Positions 35,893-45,036 of a stretch of DNA of 64,000 nucleotides are shown here, one piece after another. The position numbers and the translations under genes were made by a program. Positions within the stretch are counted from its first letter, which is position 1. Every line of letters begins with the position of its first letter. This DNA comes from an uncultured Candidatus Saccharibacteria bacterium (lineage in GTDB: Bacteria > Patescibacteriota > UBA1384 > CAILIB01 > JAUSJZ01), in assembly GCA_964421635.1 (NCBI GenBank), contig CAYQWZ010000003.1, positions 1,712-65,711 on the forward strand, written 5' to 3'. Under the pieces are notes generated by a model, which did not search any database, had not been told where the DNA came from, and saw nothing but the letters and a program-made list of their open reading frames with translations.

Positions 35893-36096
35893 TCAGGAGA
35901 AGGCGCCGCGGCTGTGCCAGCGTTCTTTTCGGGCGCGCGGACTTCCAACAGATGGAACCGGCCGTAAGCGGCCAGAGATTGCCAAAAGGGGCAGAAAGAT
36001 GGCACAAATAACAAGGGCGATCAAGACGAAGACGATTTGCAGCGCGAAGGATCCAACACTTTGAAACGGTCCGACCCGCTTGGTCTCTTCGAGCAT
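35893..36096 (-). CDS. Small GC-rich membrane peptide (67 aa)
   Basis: AAGGAG 6 nt upstream of the ATG; one TM helix (ALQIVFVLIALVICAIFLPLLAI); own terminator. Confidence 0.4.
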   Translation of the reverse strand: MLEETKRVGPFQSVGSFALQIVFVLIALVICAIFLPLLAISGRLRPVPSVGSPRARKERWHSRGAFS

Positions 36097-36202
36097 CGAT
36101 ATCTCCTTTCGCTTAAATTATAAATAAATGGTTTAGTCTTGGCAATCCTATCTGCTTCTGATAAATTGAATGCAGATTTAAGTAACTAGTTATTTTTTTG
36201 TT

Positions 36203-38215
36203 ATGAGTAATTATCAAATTTTTGTGGTGGCCGCAGGGGCTTTGGCCGTTCTTTACGGGGCTTGGTTGATTGGCTCGATTATGAAAAGATCAGCAGGAAA
36301 TTCTAAAATGCAAGAAATTGCAGCGGCAATTCAAAAAGGTGCCAAGGCTTATTTGGCGCGTCAGAATAAAGCTGTGTCAGTGGTGGCAGTTATTTTGGGG
36401 GCACTACTTTGGTACGCTCTTGGTATTAATACGGCTATCGGTTTTATAGTTGGTGCAATCCTTTCGGCTTTGGCTGGCTACATTGGTATGAGTGTCGCGG
36501 TGCGAGCCAATGTTCGTACGACTGAGGCGGCGCGTGACGGTTTACCTGCTGCCATGGATGTAGCGGTCCGCGGTGGCAATGTCACCGGACTTTTAGTGGT
36601 TGGGTTAGGATTACTCGGCGTCGCCATTTTGTGGCTAACCACCGGAAATGTTAAAACTTTGGTTGGCATGGGCTTCGGAGGCTCTTTAATTTCTGTCTTC
36701 GCTCGCTTGGGAGGAGGAATATTTACTAAAGCAGCTGATGTAGGAGCCGATTTAGTGGGTAAGGTTGAAGCGGGTATTCCTGAAGACGACCCTCGTAATC
36801 CGGCGGTTATCGCTGATAATGTCGGTGATAATGTCGGTGACTGTGCGGGCATGGCAGCAGATTTATTTGAAACTTATGTGGTGACGGCCGTTGGCGCAAT
36901 TTTACTCGGATCAATTATTTTTGGTGCTAACGAAGTAATCATTTTATATCCTTTGGTTTTGGGTGGGGCAGCTATTTTCGCTTCAATTATTGGTTCGTGG
37001 TTCATTAAACTTGGCGGTTCAGAGAACATTATGGGCGCTTTGTATAAAGGATTAATCGCGTCCGGAATTTTATCTTTAATTGCTTTTTATTTTGTCACCA
37101 ACAGCTTGCTAGCCACTGTCCCCGGAATAGATGTAATGAGCGTTTTTTATAGTGCTGTGGTTGGCTTGGTGGTTACTACTTTATTGGTTGTTGTTACTGA
37201 CTATTACACTTCAGACAAATATGCACCAGTGAAAGAGATCGCGGAGGCTTCAACTACGGGGCACGGCACGAATATTATCGCCGGATTATCTGTCGGAATG
37301 CGCTCAACTGGTTGGCCAATTATTGTTATTGCAGCCGGAATTTTAGGCGCTTTCACTTTGGCTGGCATTTACGGAGTAGCAATTGCTTCAATGGCTATGC
37401 TTTCTTTGGCCGGCATTATTGTCACAGTTGACGCTTTTGGCCCAATTACAGATAACGCTGGGGGAATTGCTGAAATGGCTAAGCTGTCAGAAAGTGTGCG
37501 CGAAGTTACAGATAAGCTTGACGCGGTTGGCAACACCACAAAAGCGGTCACTAAAGGATACGCCATTGGCTCTGCAGCGCTAGCTGCAATGGTACTGTTC
37601 GCCGCCTATACAGAAGAAGTAAAAATCTTTATTGCCGAGCACGGTTTGAACAAAGTGCTCGATTTCAGTTTAGAAAATCCTTATGTCTTAGTCGGTTTGT
37701 TTATTGGAGGATTGCTCCCTTACATCTTCAGTGCTATTTCAATGAAGGCAGTTGGCCGAGCAGCCGGCAAGGTAGTCGAAGAGGTTCGTCGTCAATTCAA
37801 AGCCGATAAAGGAATTATGAAAGGCACTTCCAAGCCAGATTACGCCAAGGCTGTAGATATTGTGACCATTGCTGCTTTGCGCGAAATGATTGTGCCCGCG
37901 CTAATTCCTGTTTTGACCCCAATTTTAGTTGGTTACTTTTTAGGAGTTAATGCTTTGGGAGGCTTGTTAGTCGGCGCCATCGTTACCGGATTATTCGTGG
38001 CCATCTCTATGACTACGGGCGGCGCCGCTTGGGATAACGCTAAAAAATACATTGAAGCCGGAGAACACGGGGGCAAAAATTCAGAAGCTCACAAAGCAGC
38101 AGTCACGGGTGACACTGTTGGAGACCCATACAAAGACACTGCTGGCCCAGCTATCAACCCAATGATTAAGATCGTCAATGTTGTCGCGCTATTGATTATC
38201 GCTTTTATAGTTTAG
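36203..38215 (+). CDS. hppA: Membrane-bound H+/Na+-translocating pyrophosphatase
   Basis: Diagnostic motif [21 protein letters not shown]; 670 aa with about 15 TM helices. Confidence 0.9.
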   Translation: MSNYQIFVVAAGALAVLYGAWLIGSIMKRSAGNSKMQEIAAAIQKGAKAYLARQNKAVSVVAVILGALLWYALGINTAIGFIVGAILSALAGYIGMSVAVRANVRTTEAARDGLPAAMDVAVRGGNVTGLLVVGLGLLGVAILWLTTGNVKTLVGMGFGGSLISVFARLGGGIFTKAADVGADLVGKVEAGIPEDDPRNPAVIADNVGDNVGDCAGMAADLFETYVVTAVGAILLGSIIFGANEVIILYPLVLGGAAIFASIIGSWFIKLGGSENIMGALYKGLIASGILSLIAFYFVTNSLLATVPGIDVMSVFYSAVVGLVVTTLLVVVTDYYTSDKYAPVKEIAEASTTGHGTNIIAGLSVGMRSTGWPIIVIAAGILGAFTLAGIYGVAIASMAMLSLAGIIVTVDAFGPITDNAGGIAEMAKLSESVREVTDKLDAVGNTTKAVTKGYAIGSAALAAMVLFAAYTEEVKIFIAEHGLNKVLDFSLENPYVLVGLFIGGLLPYIFSAISMKAVGRAAGKVVEEVRRQFKADKGIMKGTSKPDYAKAVDIVTIAALREMIVPALIPVLTPILVGYFLGVNALGGLLVGAIVTGLFVAISMTTGGAAWDNAKKYIEAGEHGGKNSEAHKAAVTGDTVGDPYKDTAGPAINPMIKIVNVVALLIIAFIV

Positions 38216-38289
38216 GTTAAGTTAAATTAAACAAACTCAATTTTCAGTTTGGTGCCCGTAGCGCCGCGGTTTTTTTGTTACAATAATTG

Positions 38290-38460
38290 TGGAGATCGCC
38301 TATGAAACTGCCGAAGCGGTACACTCAGAAGCTGCCCGAGCCCCTTCGGAGGAGGTGATCTGAATCTTAGGATACTGCCAGTGTCGATCTGGTAAGTCCG
38401 CCCGAGCCTAGCCCGCTCGGCCAGAGTTCTATGCGGGGTCCAAGGAGGGCCCCCTTTTTT
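38290..38460 (+). ncRNA. Candidate ~170-nt structured small RNA (unassigned family) with extended -10 promoter and intrinsic terminator. It contains an 18-codon sORF (MKLPKRYTQKLPEPLRRR) with a GGAG SD.
   Basis: TGtTACAAT at 38275-38283. GC-rich internal hairpins (CCGAGC-ctagccc-GCTCGG). Terminator GGGGTCC-aagga-GGGCCCC plus tttttt at 38435-38460. No long ORF on either strand. Confidence 0.35.
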
Positions 38461-38490
38461 ATGTAGCGAGACTGTTAAAATATTATTTTT

Positions 38491-38577
38491 TGGTGCCGAG
38501 AAGAGGATTTGAACCTCCACAGGCTCGCGCCTACAGCCACCTCAAGGCTGCGTGTCTACCAATTCCACCATCCCGGC
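38491..38577 (-). tRNA. tRNA-Leu (anticodon GAG), class II
   Basis: Manual fold: acceptor GCCGGGA, anticodon stem CAGCC/GGCTG, loop TTGAGGT, long variable arm, T-arm GGAGGTTCAAATCCTC, CCA encoded. Confidence 0.85.
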
Positions 38578-38632
38578 AAAGACTACATTAGATTTTACAA
38601 TTAATCTTTTTGGCAGTCAATTGGCTAATAAA

Positions 38633-38806
38633 TAAAAAAACCCTGCGCAGTACGACAAGCGCAGGGTTCCGGGTGTGCGACACGCGCGAAGGTTGGGGCT
38701 GAAGTAGAGAGCCACCAGCATTGGGGGGGGTTGTCACGGCCTGGAGGATCCTGCTTTGGAGGTGCTGGAGAGAAACTCTCTATGGATTCAGCCCGCGGGA
38801 GGTAGG
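38633..38806 (-). ncRNA. Candidate ~175-nt GC-rich structured small RNA (unassigned; 6S-like or other) with extended -10 promoter and intrinsic terminator
   Basis: Minus-strand TGcTAATAT at 38812-38820. Long closing helix GGCTGAATCCATAGAGAG / CTCTCTACTTCAGCC with an inner CCAGCA/TGCTGG stem. Terminator CCCTGCGC-loop-GCGCAGGG plus an 8-nt U-tract (38633-38666). Confidence 0.35.
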
Positions 38807-38874
38807 GTTTACGGTAATTGCATATTAGCACAAAGATAATCTTTTGTTAATGTTCAAGCTGCCATAATGCCAAT

Positions 38875-40410
38875 ATGAAGGTTGTAAAGGTGAAAACGCT
38901 AGCTCCAAATGGGTTGGCGATGCAGCAAATTACGGTCGAGGTAGCCACTAGGCCGGGCTTGGCATCTCTGACAATTGTTGGGTTAGCGGGTAAATCTTTG
39001 GTTGAATCAAAGGAACGAATACGTTTGGCGTTGCGGTCTATTGGAGTAACGCTACCTGCCACATGTATTGTAGTTAATTTAGCGCCGGCCGAAATCACCA
39101 AAGACGGCACCCACTACGACTTACCAATCGCGCTAGCACTTTTAGCTTGTACCAAATATATTAATCCGTTGCCTAAAGATTTACTTGTTTTTGGTGAGCT
39201 GGGGTTAAATGGCCAAATTCGACGAGTCAAGCAGGCAGTATCCTTCGCTATTTATGCTAAGCAGAATCATTTGCGTACAATCTTTCCCAAAGCGGTGCAG
39301 AATGAGGTGGCGCTGGTAAAAAATTTGCGCTGCTATTTCGCTCGAAATTTGCGTCAACTAGTCGCCCAGCTGCAGTCAGATATCCGTTTTAAGACTAGTC
39401 ACAAAGCCGTAATAGAAGAGTTAAAGGATGCGGCCGGAAGCAGAGCTGTTACAGATGGCAGAAAAGATGAGAACGCGGTTTTACTAGATAATATTTTGGG
39501 TCAAAGCTTAGCCAAAAGGGCGGCCCTAATAGCAGTTAGCGGAAATCACAACCTACTACTGACTGGGCCGCCCGGCGTCGGAAAAAGTTTACTGGCTTTG
39601 GCTATCAAAAACTTGATGCCTGAAATTGATGAAAAAGGCCAGCTAGAGGCGACTTCAATCTATTCTTCCAAAGGATTACTAAATTCAGATCAACCCGTAA
39701 TTCGGCAAGCACCGTTTAGAAATCCGCACCATACCAGCTCGCAGGTGGCCATGATTGGCGGGGGCAATCCAATTCTGCCGGGTGAAATCTCTTTGGCTCA
39801 CAAAGGATTACTCTTTTTAGATGAACTACCTCTGTTTCCCAGACCAGTGCTAGAATCTTTGCGCGAGCCTCTACAGAACAACCACATAACGGTGGCTCGC
39901 GCCAAACAGGTAGTTACTTATCCGGCAGACTTTCTGTTGGTCGGGGCGTTTAATCCTTGCCCTTGCGGATATTTAGGTAGTCAAAAAGAGTGTAGCTGTA
40001 GCGTGGCGCAAATTAATTCCTACCACTCAAAACTGTCTGGCCCAATGTTAGATCGCTTCCAAATCTTCGTCAGGCTGACTTCAATCGATCAATTATCCTG
40101 CCAAAAAAATAAGGGCGAGGAACACGAAAGGGCACGAAAACTAGTCGAAAATGCGCGGGCGAATCAGTACGCTCGGTGCGCAAAACTCAATAATTTATTA
40201 ACTCAAGATGAACTAAATTTAATAATTGAGCAAAACAGTTTGCGCGAACCTTTGGAGCTTTCTATGAAAAAGTTGCAGCTGTCTTTGCGGTCTGTCTATT
40301 CGGCGGTGCGAGTGGCGCAAACGATTGCTAATTTAGAGCAATCTTCAAAAATTACACCGGCTCACATTGCGGAAGCCATTTCGTACCTGCCTCCTATGCG
40401 AATTGGCTAA
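38875..40410 (+). CDS. comM: ComM/YifB-family Mg-chelatase-like AAA+ ATPase (competence-associated)
   Basis: N-terminal Lon-like domain (LAPNGLAMQQITVEV...), Walker A LLLTGPPGVGKSLLA, Walker B LLFLDELPLF, C-terminal YifB domain. Confidence 0.85.
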   Translation: MKVVKVKTLAPNGLAMQQITVEVATRPGLASLTIVGLAGKSLVESKERIRLALRSIGVTLPATCIVVNLAPAEITKDGTHYDLPIALALLACTKYINPLPKDLLVFGELGLNGQIRRVKQAVSFAIYAKQNHLRTIFPKAVQNEVALVKNLRCYFARNLRQLVAQLQSDIRFKTSHKAVIEELKDAAGSRAVTDGRKDENAVLLDNILGQSLAKRAALIAVSGNHNLLLTGPPGVGKSLLALAIKNLMPEIDEKGQLEATSIYSSKGLLNSDQPVIRQAPFRNPHHTSSQVAMIGGGNPILPGEISLAHKGLLFLDELPLFPRPVLESLREPLQNNHITVARAKQVVTYPADFLLVGAFNPCPCGYLGSQKECSCSVAQINSYHSKLSGPMLDRFQIFVRLTSIDQLSCQKNKGEEHERARKLVENARANQYARCAKLNNLLTQDELNLIIEQNSLREPLELSMKKLQLSLRSVYSAVRVAQTIANLEQSSKITPAHIAEAISYLPPMRIG

Positions 40411-40472
40411 AGGGGTAGATTTAATACTGCTAAACTGATATTATACAGGTTGATTTGAGGTGTTTTTTATAT

Positions 40473-40549
40473 GGGTGCGTAGCTCAGTTGGTTAGAGCTT
40501 TCGGCTTATATCCGAACGGTCCCAGGTTCAAGTCCTGGCGCACCCACCA
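40473..40549 (+). tRNA. tRNA-Ile (anticodon UAU)
   Basis: Manual fold: acceptor GGGTGCG, D-arm GCTCAGTTGGTTAGAGC, anticodon stem TTCGG/CCGAA, loop CTTATAT (anticodon TAT), T-arm CCAGGTTCAAGTCCTGG, CCA encoded. Confidence 0.8.
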
Positions 40550-40665
40550 AAATTGTTAAACGAACAAAATAACCGCCTTACTTCGCTCGGGTGATCGCTT
40601 CGTAGGTGTTATTATGTCCGTTTAGGTAATAAGGAGTCAAAAATTACCGAGCAAGTAGCTAATTT

Positions 40666-40974
40666 TTGACGATTAATATTCAGAACAATGGAATCCCTTT
40701 AAAATCAATATTAAAAACAGCTATGACTAAAAAAATTGTAGAAAAAGAGATCTTCTTGCCTAAATGGCAGCGGTGGTATGTCGGGCCACTTTTCATATTT
40801 CTAATTGGACTTTTCACCTATATTGAGTTCCTCAGTCCAGATGAATCTGAAAAGATGGGATTAATTCCTTATATCTTAATGGTAGTGCTAATGCTCTTTA
40901 TTTTGGGCATTATGTGGTCAATGACCACCGGAAAACTGCCAGCCCACATCATTCGTGAGAAGCACGAAGAATAA
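40666..40974 (+). CDS. Small hypothetical membrane protein
   Basis: Two TM helices. Start uncertain: TTG at 40666 or ATG at 40723 (MTKKIV), neither with a clear SD. Confidence 0.4.
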   Translation: MTINIQNNGIPLKSILKTAMTKKIVEKEIFLPKWQRWYVGPLFIFLIGLFTYIEFLSPDESEKMGLIPYILMVVLMLFILGIMWSMTTGKLPAHIIREKHEE

Positions 40975-40988
40975 AGCTATAAAAAAAA

Positions 40989-41008
40989 CCGCCCGGACGA
41001 CCGGGCGG
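40989..41008 (-). terminator. Intrinsic terminator for the minus-strand gene 41034..41477
   Basis: CCGCCCGG-acga-CCGGGCGG preceded on the plus strand by aaaaaaaa. Confidence 0.5.
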
Positions 41009-41033
41009 AGTACTGGGGTGAAACGGCTCTGTT

Positions 41034-41477
41034 TCAGAGCCGGAGCGGTGCCGGTAGATCAGTCGAGATGATCAGGCCGCGGGCTCTCAAACCAGTCAGG
41101 GAGACTGGCACCTCCTTCTCGAGCAGGAGCCTCAGATACAGCTTACGAGTCGTGTCGGCCGATGTCTCACCTGGGGCATAGGGCCGTGTCGAGGTCGTCA
41201 GCGTCGCAGCCGTTTCGGCGAGGTTGCCGTCGTAAAGCGACATAGACGATACAGCGTCAATGGTGCGCGTGGTACTCGCCTGGAGCGTGTCGATCGCCGA
41301 AGCGTCCCGCTCAGTCGTGATACCGAGCATGCTGGAGGTGGTGATCGAAACAGCTGCCAATGCAAGCTCAGCCGGTCCGTGTCGAGGAGCCGCATTGCTG
41401 AGAGTAGCCATTGCCACAACCGTGACAAGTGCCACCGCCAGCAACGCAGACAGATTCGTCGGGCGCAAGGTTTGCAA
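41034..41477 (-). CDS. GC-rich secreted Ala/Thr-rich hypothetical protein (147 aa)
   Basis: Signal-peptide-like N-terminus (LSALLAVALVTVVAMATLSNAAP). Codon usage and GC content are far above the window background. Confidence 0.5.
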   Translation of the reverse strand: MQTLRPTNLSALLAVALVTVVAMATLSNAAPRHGPAELALAAVSITTSSMLGITTERDASAIDTLQASTTRTIDAVSSMSLYDGNLAETAATLTTSTRPYAPGETSADTTRKLYLRLLLEKEVPVSLTGLRARGLIISTDLPAPLRL

Positions 41478-41639
41478 AGCAGATCTCCTTGCGTACAGGA
41501 TAGATCGCGAGTCGACCTTCTCTATTATTTAAACGCACAATTTAAAAAAGTCAAGCTTACCGAGGGTTTTATTGACAAAAATATCACAGTACGCTAGCCT
41601 GTTAGCAGGATTGTAACTGAACAACGAAGGAGAAGAGCG

Positions 41640-41843
41640 ATGAACCTTCAGCCAGACTGGCAGTCAATTGTACTATTGGCTGCATTCGGTGCGACCACAA
41701 TCTTCTTGGCGGGAATCAAGCCCGAAGGAATCAGACGTTTCAGCTGGTTGCCTTTCTTGGCAGCCCTAGCATTAACCACTCACCTTATTTTCAGAATGCT
41801 GAGTAATACAGCAATGCTTGGCGGGTACTACTTCAACCAATAG
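41640..41843 (+). CDS. Small hypothetical membrane protein (67 aa)
   Basis: AAGGAG 8 nt upstream of the ATG; two TM helices; co-transcribed with the next gene. Confidence 0.45.
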   Translation: MNLQPDWQSIVLLAAFGATTIFLAGIKPEGIRRFSWLPFLAALALTTHLIFRMLSNTAMLGGYYFNQ

Positions 41844-41855
41844 GCCGCCAAGCAC

Positions 41856-42674
41856 ATGTCAGGGGGAACTGCCTTATTCAGTTTCTTGGCTGTCTTATTG
41901 GTTGCGCTGCTGGGTTGTTGGGCAGCAACTGCTTTCAACATGGGCATCTTTATTCTCACTTCACCTAGCATTACCTACGACAACAAAAAGGGTGTCATGA
42001 AGATTAGAGAAACAAGCAGAGCCGGTTCTTTCTTCAGAAATTGGCTTGATTTTGACCATTTTCTGCATAGCTCACTTTGCGGTCTTTCTTGGTGGGCAGC
42101 AGGTAGGCTCTGGGTCTATTCAATAGGCTTTGTCGTTACTCTAATCTTATCGACACTCGTCAACTTGTTAGGGTTTTTCGCCTTGGGTATGAATCCTTTG
42201 CCTGGTATTGCCAATGAGGTGATGCCATTTTTCGATAGTAGCCACCATCGAAAAAGTCTGCCCAATCCTGCTTTCCAGTTCTGGGGCTTTGTGCCGAAAT
42301 CGCCACTCTTCTGGTTTTATGTTTATGTTGAAGTTTCTCAGCCAGGAATCATGTGGCTTACCAAGGCAGTTCTAGTAGTAGGAGTATTGGCGGCAATCAT
42401 ATGGCTTTTGTGTAAACTGTACGATCTTTATGTGAACATCAAGAATGCCGTAGACACCAAACAGGACGTAACTATTCCAGCCCAATTCTTCTATAACGGT
42501 GTCAGACGAATAGGGCACTGGGGTAGGAGCACAGGAAAGGCTATTGGCAGAATGCGTCTTTGGAATGTTCTAAACACTGGAATATGCAACTTCTTCAACA
42601 TGATGGATAAAGTGCATTCCAAGGTCTGTCCGGTAGTCACCTTCGGCAATGAAGACAAAGACAATGACGACTGA
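41856..42674 (+). CDS. Hypothetical polytopic membrane protein (272 aa)
   Basis: About 6 TM helices; strong terminator downstream. Confidence 0.55.
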   Translation: MSGGTALFSFLAVLLVALLGCWAATAFNMGIFILTSPSITYDNKKGVMKIRETSRAGSFFRNWLDFDHFLHSSLCGLSWWAAGRLWVYSIGFVVTLILSTLVNLLGFFALGMNPLPGIANEVMPFFDSSHHRKSLPNPAFQFWGFVPKSPLFWFYVYVEVSQPGIMWLTKAVLVVGVLAAIIWLLCKLYDLYVNIKNAVDTKQDVTIPAQFFYNGVRRIGHWGRSTGKAIGRMRLWNVLNTGICNFFNMMDKVHSKVCPVVTFGNEDKDNDD

Positions 42675-42694
42675 CGCGAAGTCAAGAACCCCAC

Positions 42695-42722
42695 ACCGCC
42701 CCAACTCGGGCGGTTTTTTTTT
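42695..42722 (+). terminator. Strong intrinsic terminator (CCGCCC-caactc-GGGCGG followed by 9 T)
   Basis: Read directly. Confidence 0.65.
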
Positions 42723-42820
42723 ATTACGTTTTTGAGTTAATGAAGTCTGCCGGTAAGTAGTTTTTAGAGCTTTTTCTATTTTAAGAGCGGACAATGTTTA
42801 GGAGACAATTTCAATTGGCT

Positions 42821-42840
42821 CCCTGCCTACCGGCAGGCAG
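42821..42840. repeat. Second copy (1 mismatch) of the 20-bp palindrome: CCTGCCTACCGGCAGGCAGG
   Basis: Read directly; lies in the convergent intergenic region between the membrane-protein operon and the pnp terminator. Confidence 0.55.
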
Positions 42841-42866
42841 GCGAAAAGAGAAGACTTCCGTAGGAA
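42841..42866 (-). terminator. Putative pnp terminator (CTTCC-gta-GGAAG hairpin followed on the minus strand by a U-rich tract)
   Basis: Read directly; short stem, weak. Confidence 0.35.
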
Positions 42867-42918
42867 GGCTTCGGATTATATGACTGAGCGCTCGAACAAA
42901 CTACTTACCAGCAGACTG

Positions 42919-45036
42919 TTATTTCTTAGCGGCAGCTTTGATAGACAAAGCGATACGACCGCGGGCGGCGTCTACTTCTTTAACTTTTACTTTAACTTTC
43001 TGACCAATTTTGACTACATCAGAGGCTTTCTTGACGAATCCTTCTGCCATTTCAGAAACATGAATCATGCCAACTTTGCCTGGCAATACTTGCGCTAGGG
43101 CGCCAATTTCATTGCCTTCGCGAGTGGTGACGAAATCGACAATCTCCGCGTCGTAAATAGTGCCTACTTCCACATCGGCGGTGATGCCTTCAACAATAGC
43201 AATAGCTTTTTTAGACATCTCTTGGTCAGTCGAAGTAATCATTACTAAACCTGAATCTTCAATGTCAATTTGGGTAACATCTGCGCCGCCAGAATCTTCA
43301 ATAATCTTATTGATAGTTTTGCCCCCAGGACCAATTAATTCACCAATCTTTTCAGGATTAATTTTTATGGATGTAATTTTTGGTGCGTACTTAGAAAGTT
43401 CAGCGCGAGGTTCAGAAATAACTTTTAGCATCTCATCCATTATGTGTAGGCGACCAGCTTTGGCCTGTTTCATTGTTTGTTCAACAATTTCCATAGTCAA
43501 ACCGGCAATTTTGGTATCCATCTGTACGGCCGTGATGCCATCTTTGGTGCCTGCAATTTTGAAATCCATATCGCCGGCGAAGTCTTCTAACCCTTGTAGG
43601 TCAGTTAACACTTTGAATTTTGAAGCATCCTCGTTAGCGACTAAACCCATAGCAATTCCAGAAACGGGTTTTTTCAAAGGAACTCCGGCATCCATTAAAC
43701 TCAAAGTTGAAGCACAGGTGGCGCCCATTGAGGTTGAACCGTTGGAGCTTAAAACCTCTGAGACGACACGAATAGTGTAGGGGAAATCTTCTTCGGTTGG
43801 AATCATTGGTAGCAGTGCTCGTTCGGCTAGTGCGCCGTGACCAATCTCTCGTCTTCCAACGCCGCGCATGGGAGCAACCTCGCCCGTGGAGTAAGGTGGA
43901 AAATTATAGTGATGCATGTATCGCTTAGAACCTTCTTCATCCATTGTGTCGACGAGTTGTTTCTCGCCAGGTCCGCCGAGTGTAACGATGCCCAAAACTT
44001 GCGTTAGGCCGCGTTTGAACAAGCCTGAGCCATGTGGCCGTGGAAGGATGCCAACCTCTGCACCAATTGGTCGAACATCTTCAATGCCACGACCGTCAGG
44101 ACGATGATCTTGCTCTAAAATATTTTGTCTAATTGTTTTCAGGTATAAAGTTTCGACTGCTTGGGCAATATCTAGCTGCTTCATTTCACCTTCAAGCTCT
44201 TCTAAAACTTTGCTTTTTAGCTCTGCTAAAGCGTTGTCTCGCTCGTTTCGGTTAACCGTCATAGCAACTTTTTGCATATCGCCGTTGTATTTGCTTTTCA
44301 CTAATTCAAGCGCGTTGGCGGCTACCTCTTCTTCAGTCGAAGTTTCTACGGCAACATCAGATTTCATCTGTTCTTGAGTTACAATACTTGGTTGTAGCGC
44401 TTGCAAAGCAAACTTCATTGCCTCAAACATATCTTGATCGGCAACTTCATTAGCTCCAGCTTCAATCATCATAATGCGTTCCTTTGTGCCAGCGATAATT
44501 AAATCTAAATCAGACTTTTCCATTTCTAAACTTGAAGGATTAGCAACAAGGTTTCCCTCAACTCGGCCCACTCGGACAGCCCCAACCGGACCTTTAAAAG
44601 GTGAACCTTCGACATGCATTAGGGCAGCCGAGGCAGCGTTAATGGCCAACACATCAGGATCATTATCTTCATCAAGCGATAATACGGTAACAATTACTTG
44701 AATGTCGCGACGGAAGTTTTTAGGAAATAGAGGACGCAAAGGTCTATCTATTAAACGGGAAGTGAGAGTCGCTTTTTCTGAGGGCCGACCTTCGCGTTTA
44801 ACAAAGCGGCTGCCATTAATTTTGCCCGTAGCGTAAAATTTCTCCTCAAAATCTACCATAAAAGGAAGATAATCCATTCCTTCTCTAGCTTCTTTTGTAA
44901 TTGTGGCTGTCGCTAAAATTACTGTTTCACCAGCAGTAGCGGTGATTGCGGCACCAGCCTGTTCAGCCAGTTTGCCGCTCTTAAAAGTTATCTCTTGATT
45001 ACCAACTTTGGCGCTCCAAACTTGTTCTTTATTCAT
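42919..45036 (-). CDS. pnp: Polyribonucleotide nucleotidyltransferase (PNPase)
   Basis: Two RNase PH-like domains plus KH (GPGGKTINKIIEDSGG) and S1 (GTIYDAEIVDFVTT...) domains. Start ambiguous: ATG at 45036 (MNKEQVW) or at 45042 (MHMNKEQVW, two codons upstream), neither with a clear SD. The longer track ORF to 45105 is unlikely. Confidence 0.9.
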   Translation of the reverse strand: MNKEQVWSAKVGNQEITFKSGKLAEQAGAAITATAGETVILATATITKEAREGMDYLPFMVDFEEKFYATGKINGSRFVKREGRPSEKATLTSRLIDRPLRPLFPKNFRRDIQVIVTVLSLDEDNDPDVLAINAASAALMHVEGSPFKGPVGAVRVGRVEGNLVANPSSLEMEKSDLDLIIAGTKERIMMIEAGANEVADQDMFEAMKFALQALQPSIVTQEQMKSDVAVETSTEEEVAANALELVKSKYNGDMQKVAMTVNRNERDNALAELKSKVLEELEGEMKQLDIAQAVETLYLKTIRQNILEQDHRPDGRGIEDVRPIGAEVGILPRPHGSGLFKRGLTQVLGIVTLGGPGEKQLVDTMDEEGSKRYMHHYNFPPYSTGEVAPMRGVGRREIGHGALAERALLPMIPTEEDFPYTIRVVSEVLSSNGSTSMGATCASTLSLMDAGVPLKKPVSGIAMGLVANEDASKFKVLTDLQGLEDFAGDMDFKIAGTKDGITAVQMDTKIAGLTMEIVEQTMKQAKAGRLHIMDEMLKVISEPRAELSKYAPKITSIKINPEKIGELIGPGGKTINKIIEDSGGADVTQIDIEDSGLVMITSTDQEMSKKAIAIVEGITADVEVGTIYDAEIVDFVTTREGNEIGALAQVLPGKVGMIHVSEMAEGFVKKASDVVKIGQKVKVKVKEVDAARGRIALSIKAAAKK

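Noticed and set aside
38290-38806. Assignment of the two structured RNAs to RNase P RNA, tmRNA or SRP RNA
   Set aside because: Both are too short (~170 nt) for RNase P RNA or tmRNA and lack tRNA-like ends. A partial resemblance of CGGGCUGAAUCCAUAGAGAG to RNase P conserved region I (GGGCUCCAUAGGGCA) and of GGUAAGUCCG to the SRP domain IV 5' strand was noted, but the hallmark GGAAGCAGCC and GNRA-loop context is missing. They are left unassigned pending covariance-model search.
38278-38831. Two minus-strand ORFs (80 and 68 aa) in the GC-rich hppA-comM spacer
   Set aside because: They overlap tRNA-Leu(GAG) and the two structured-RNA candidates, have no SD, and are produced by GC-rich RNA sequence lacking stop codons.
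42880-43098. Plus-strand 72-aa ORF at the 3' end of pnp
   Set aside because: Overlaps the pnp coding region and terminator region antisense; no RBS.
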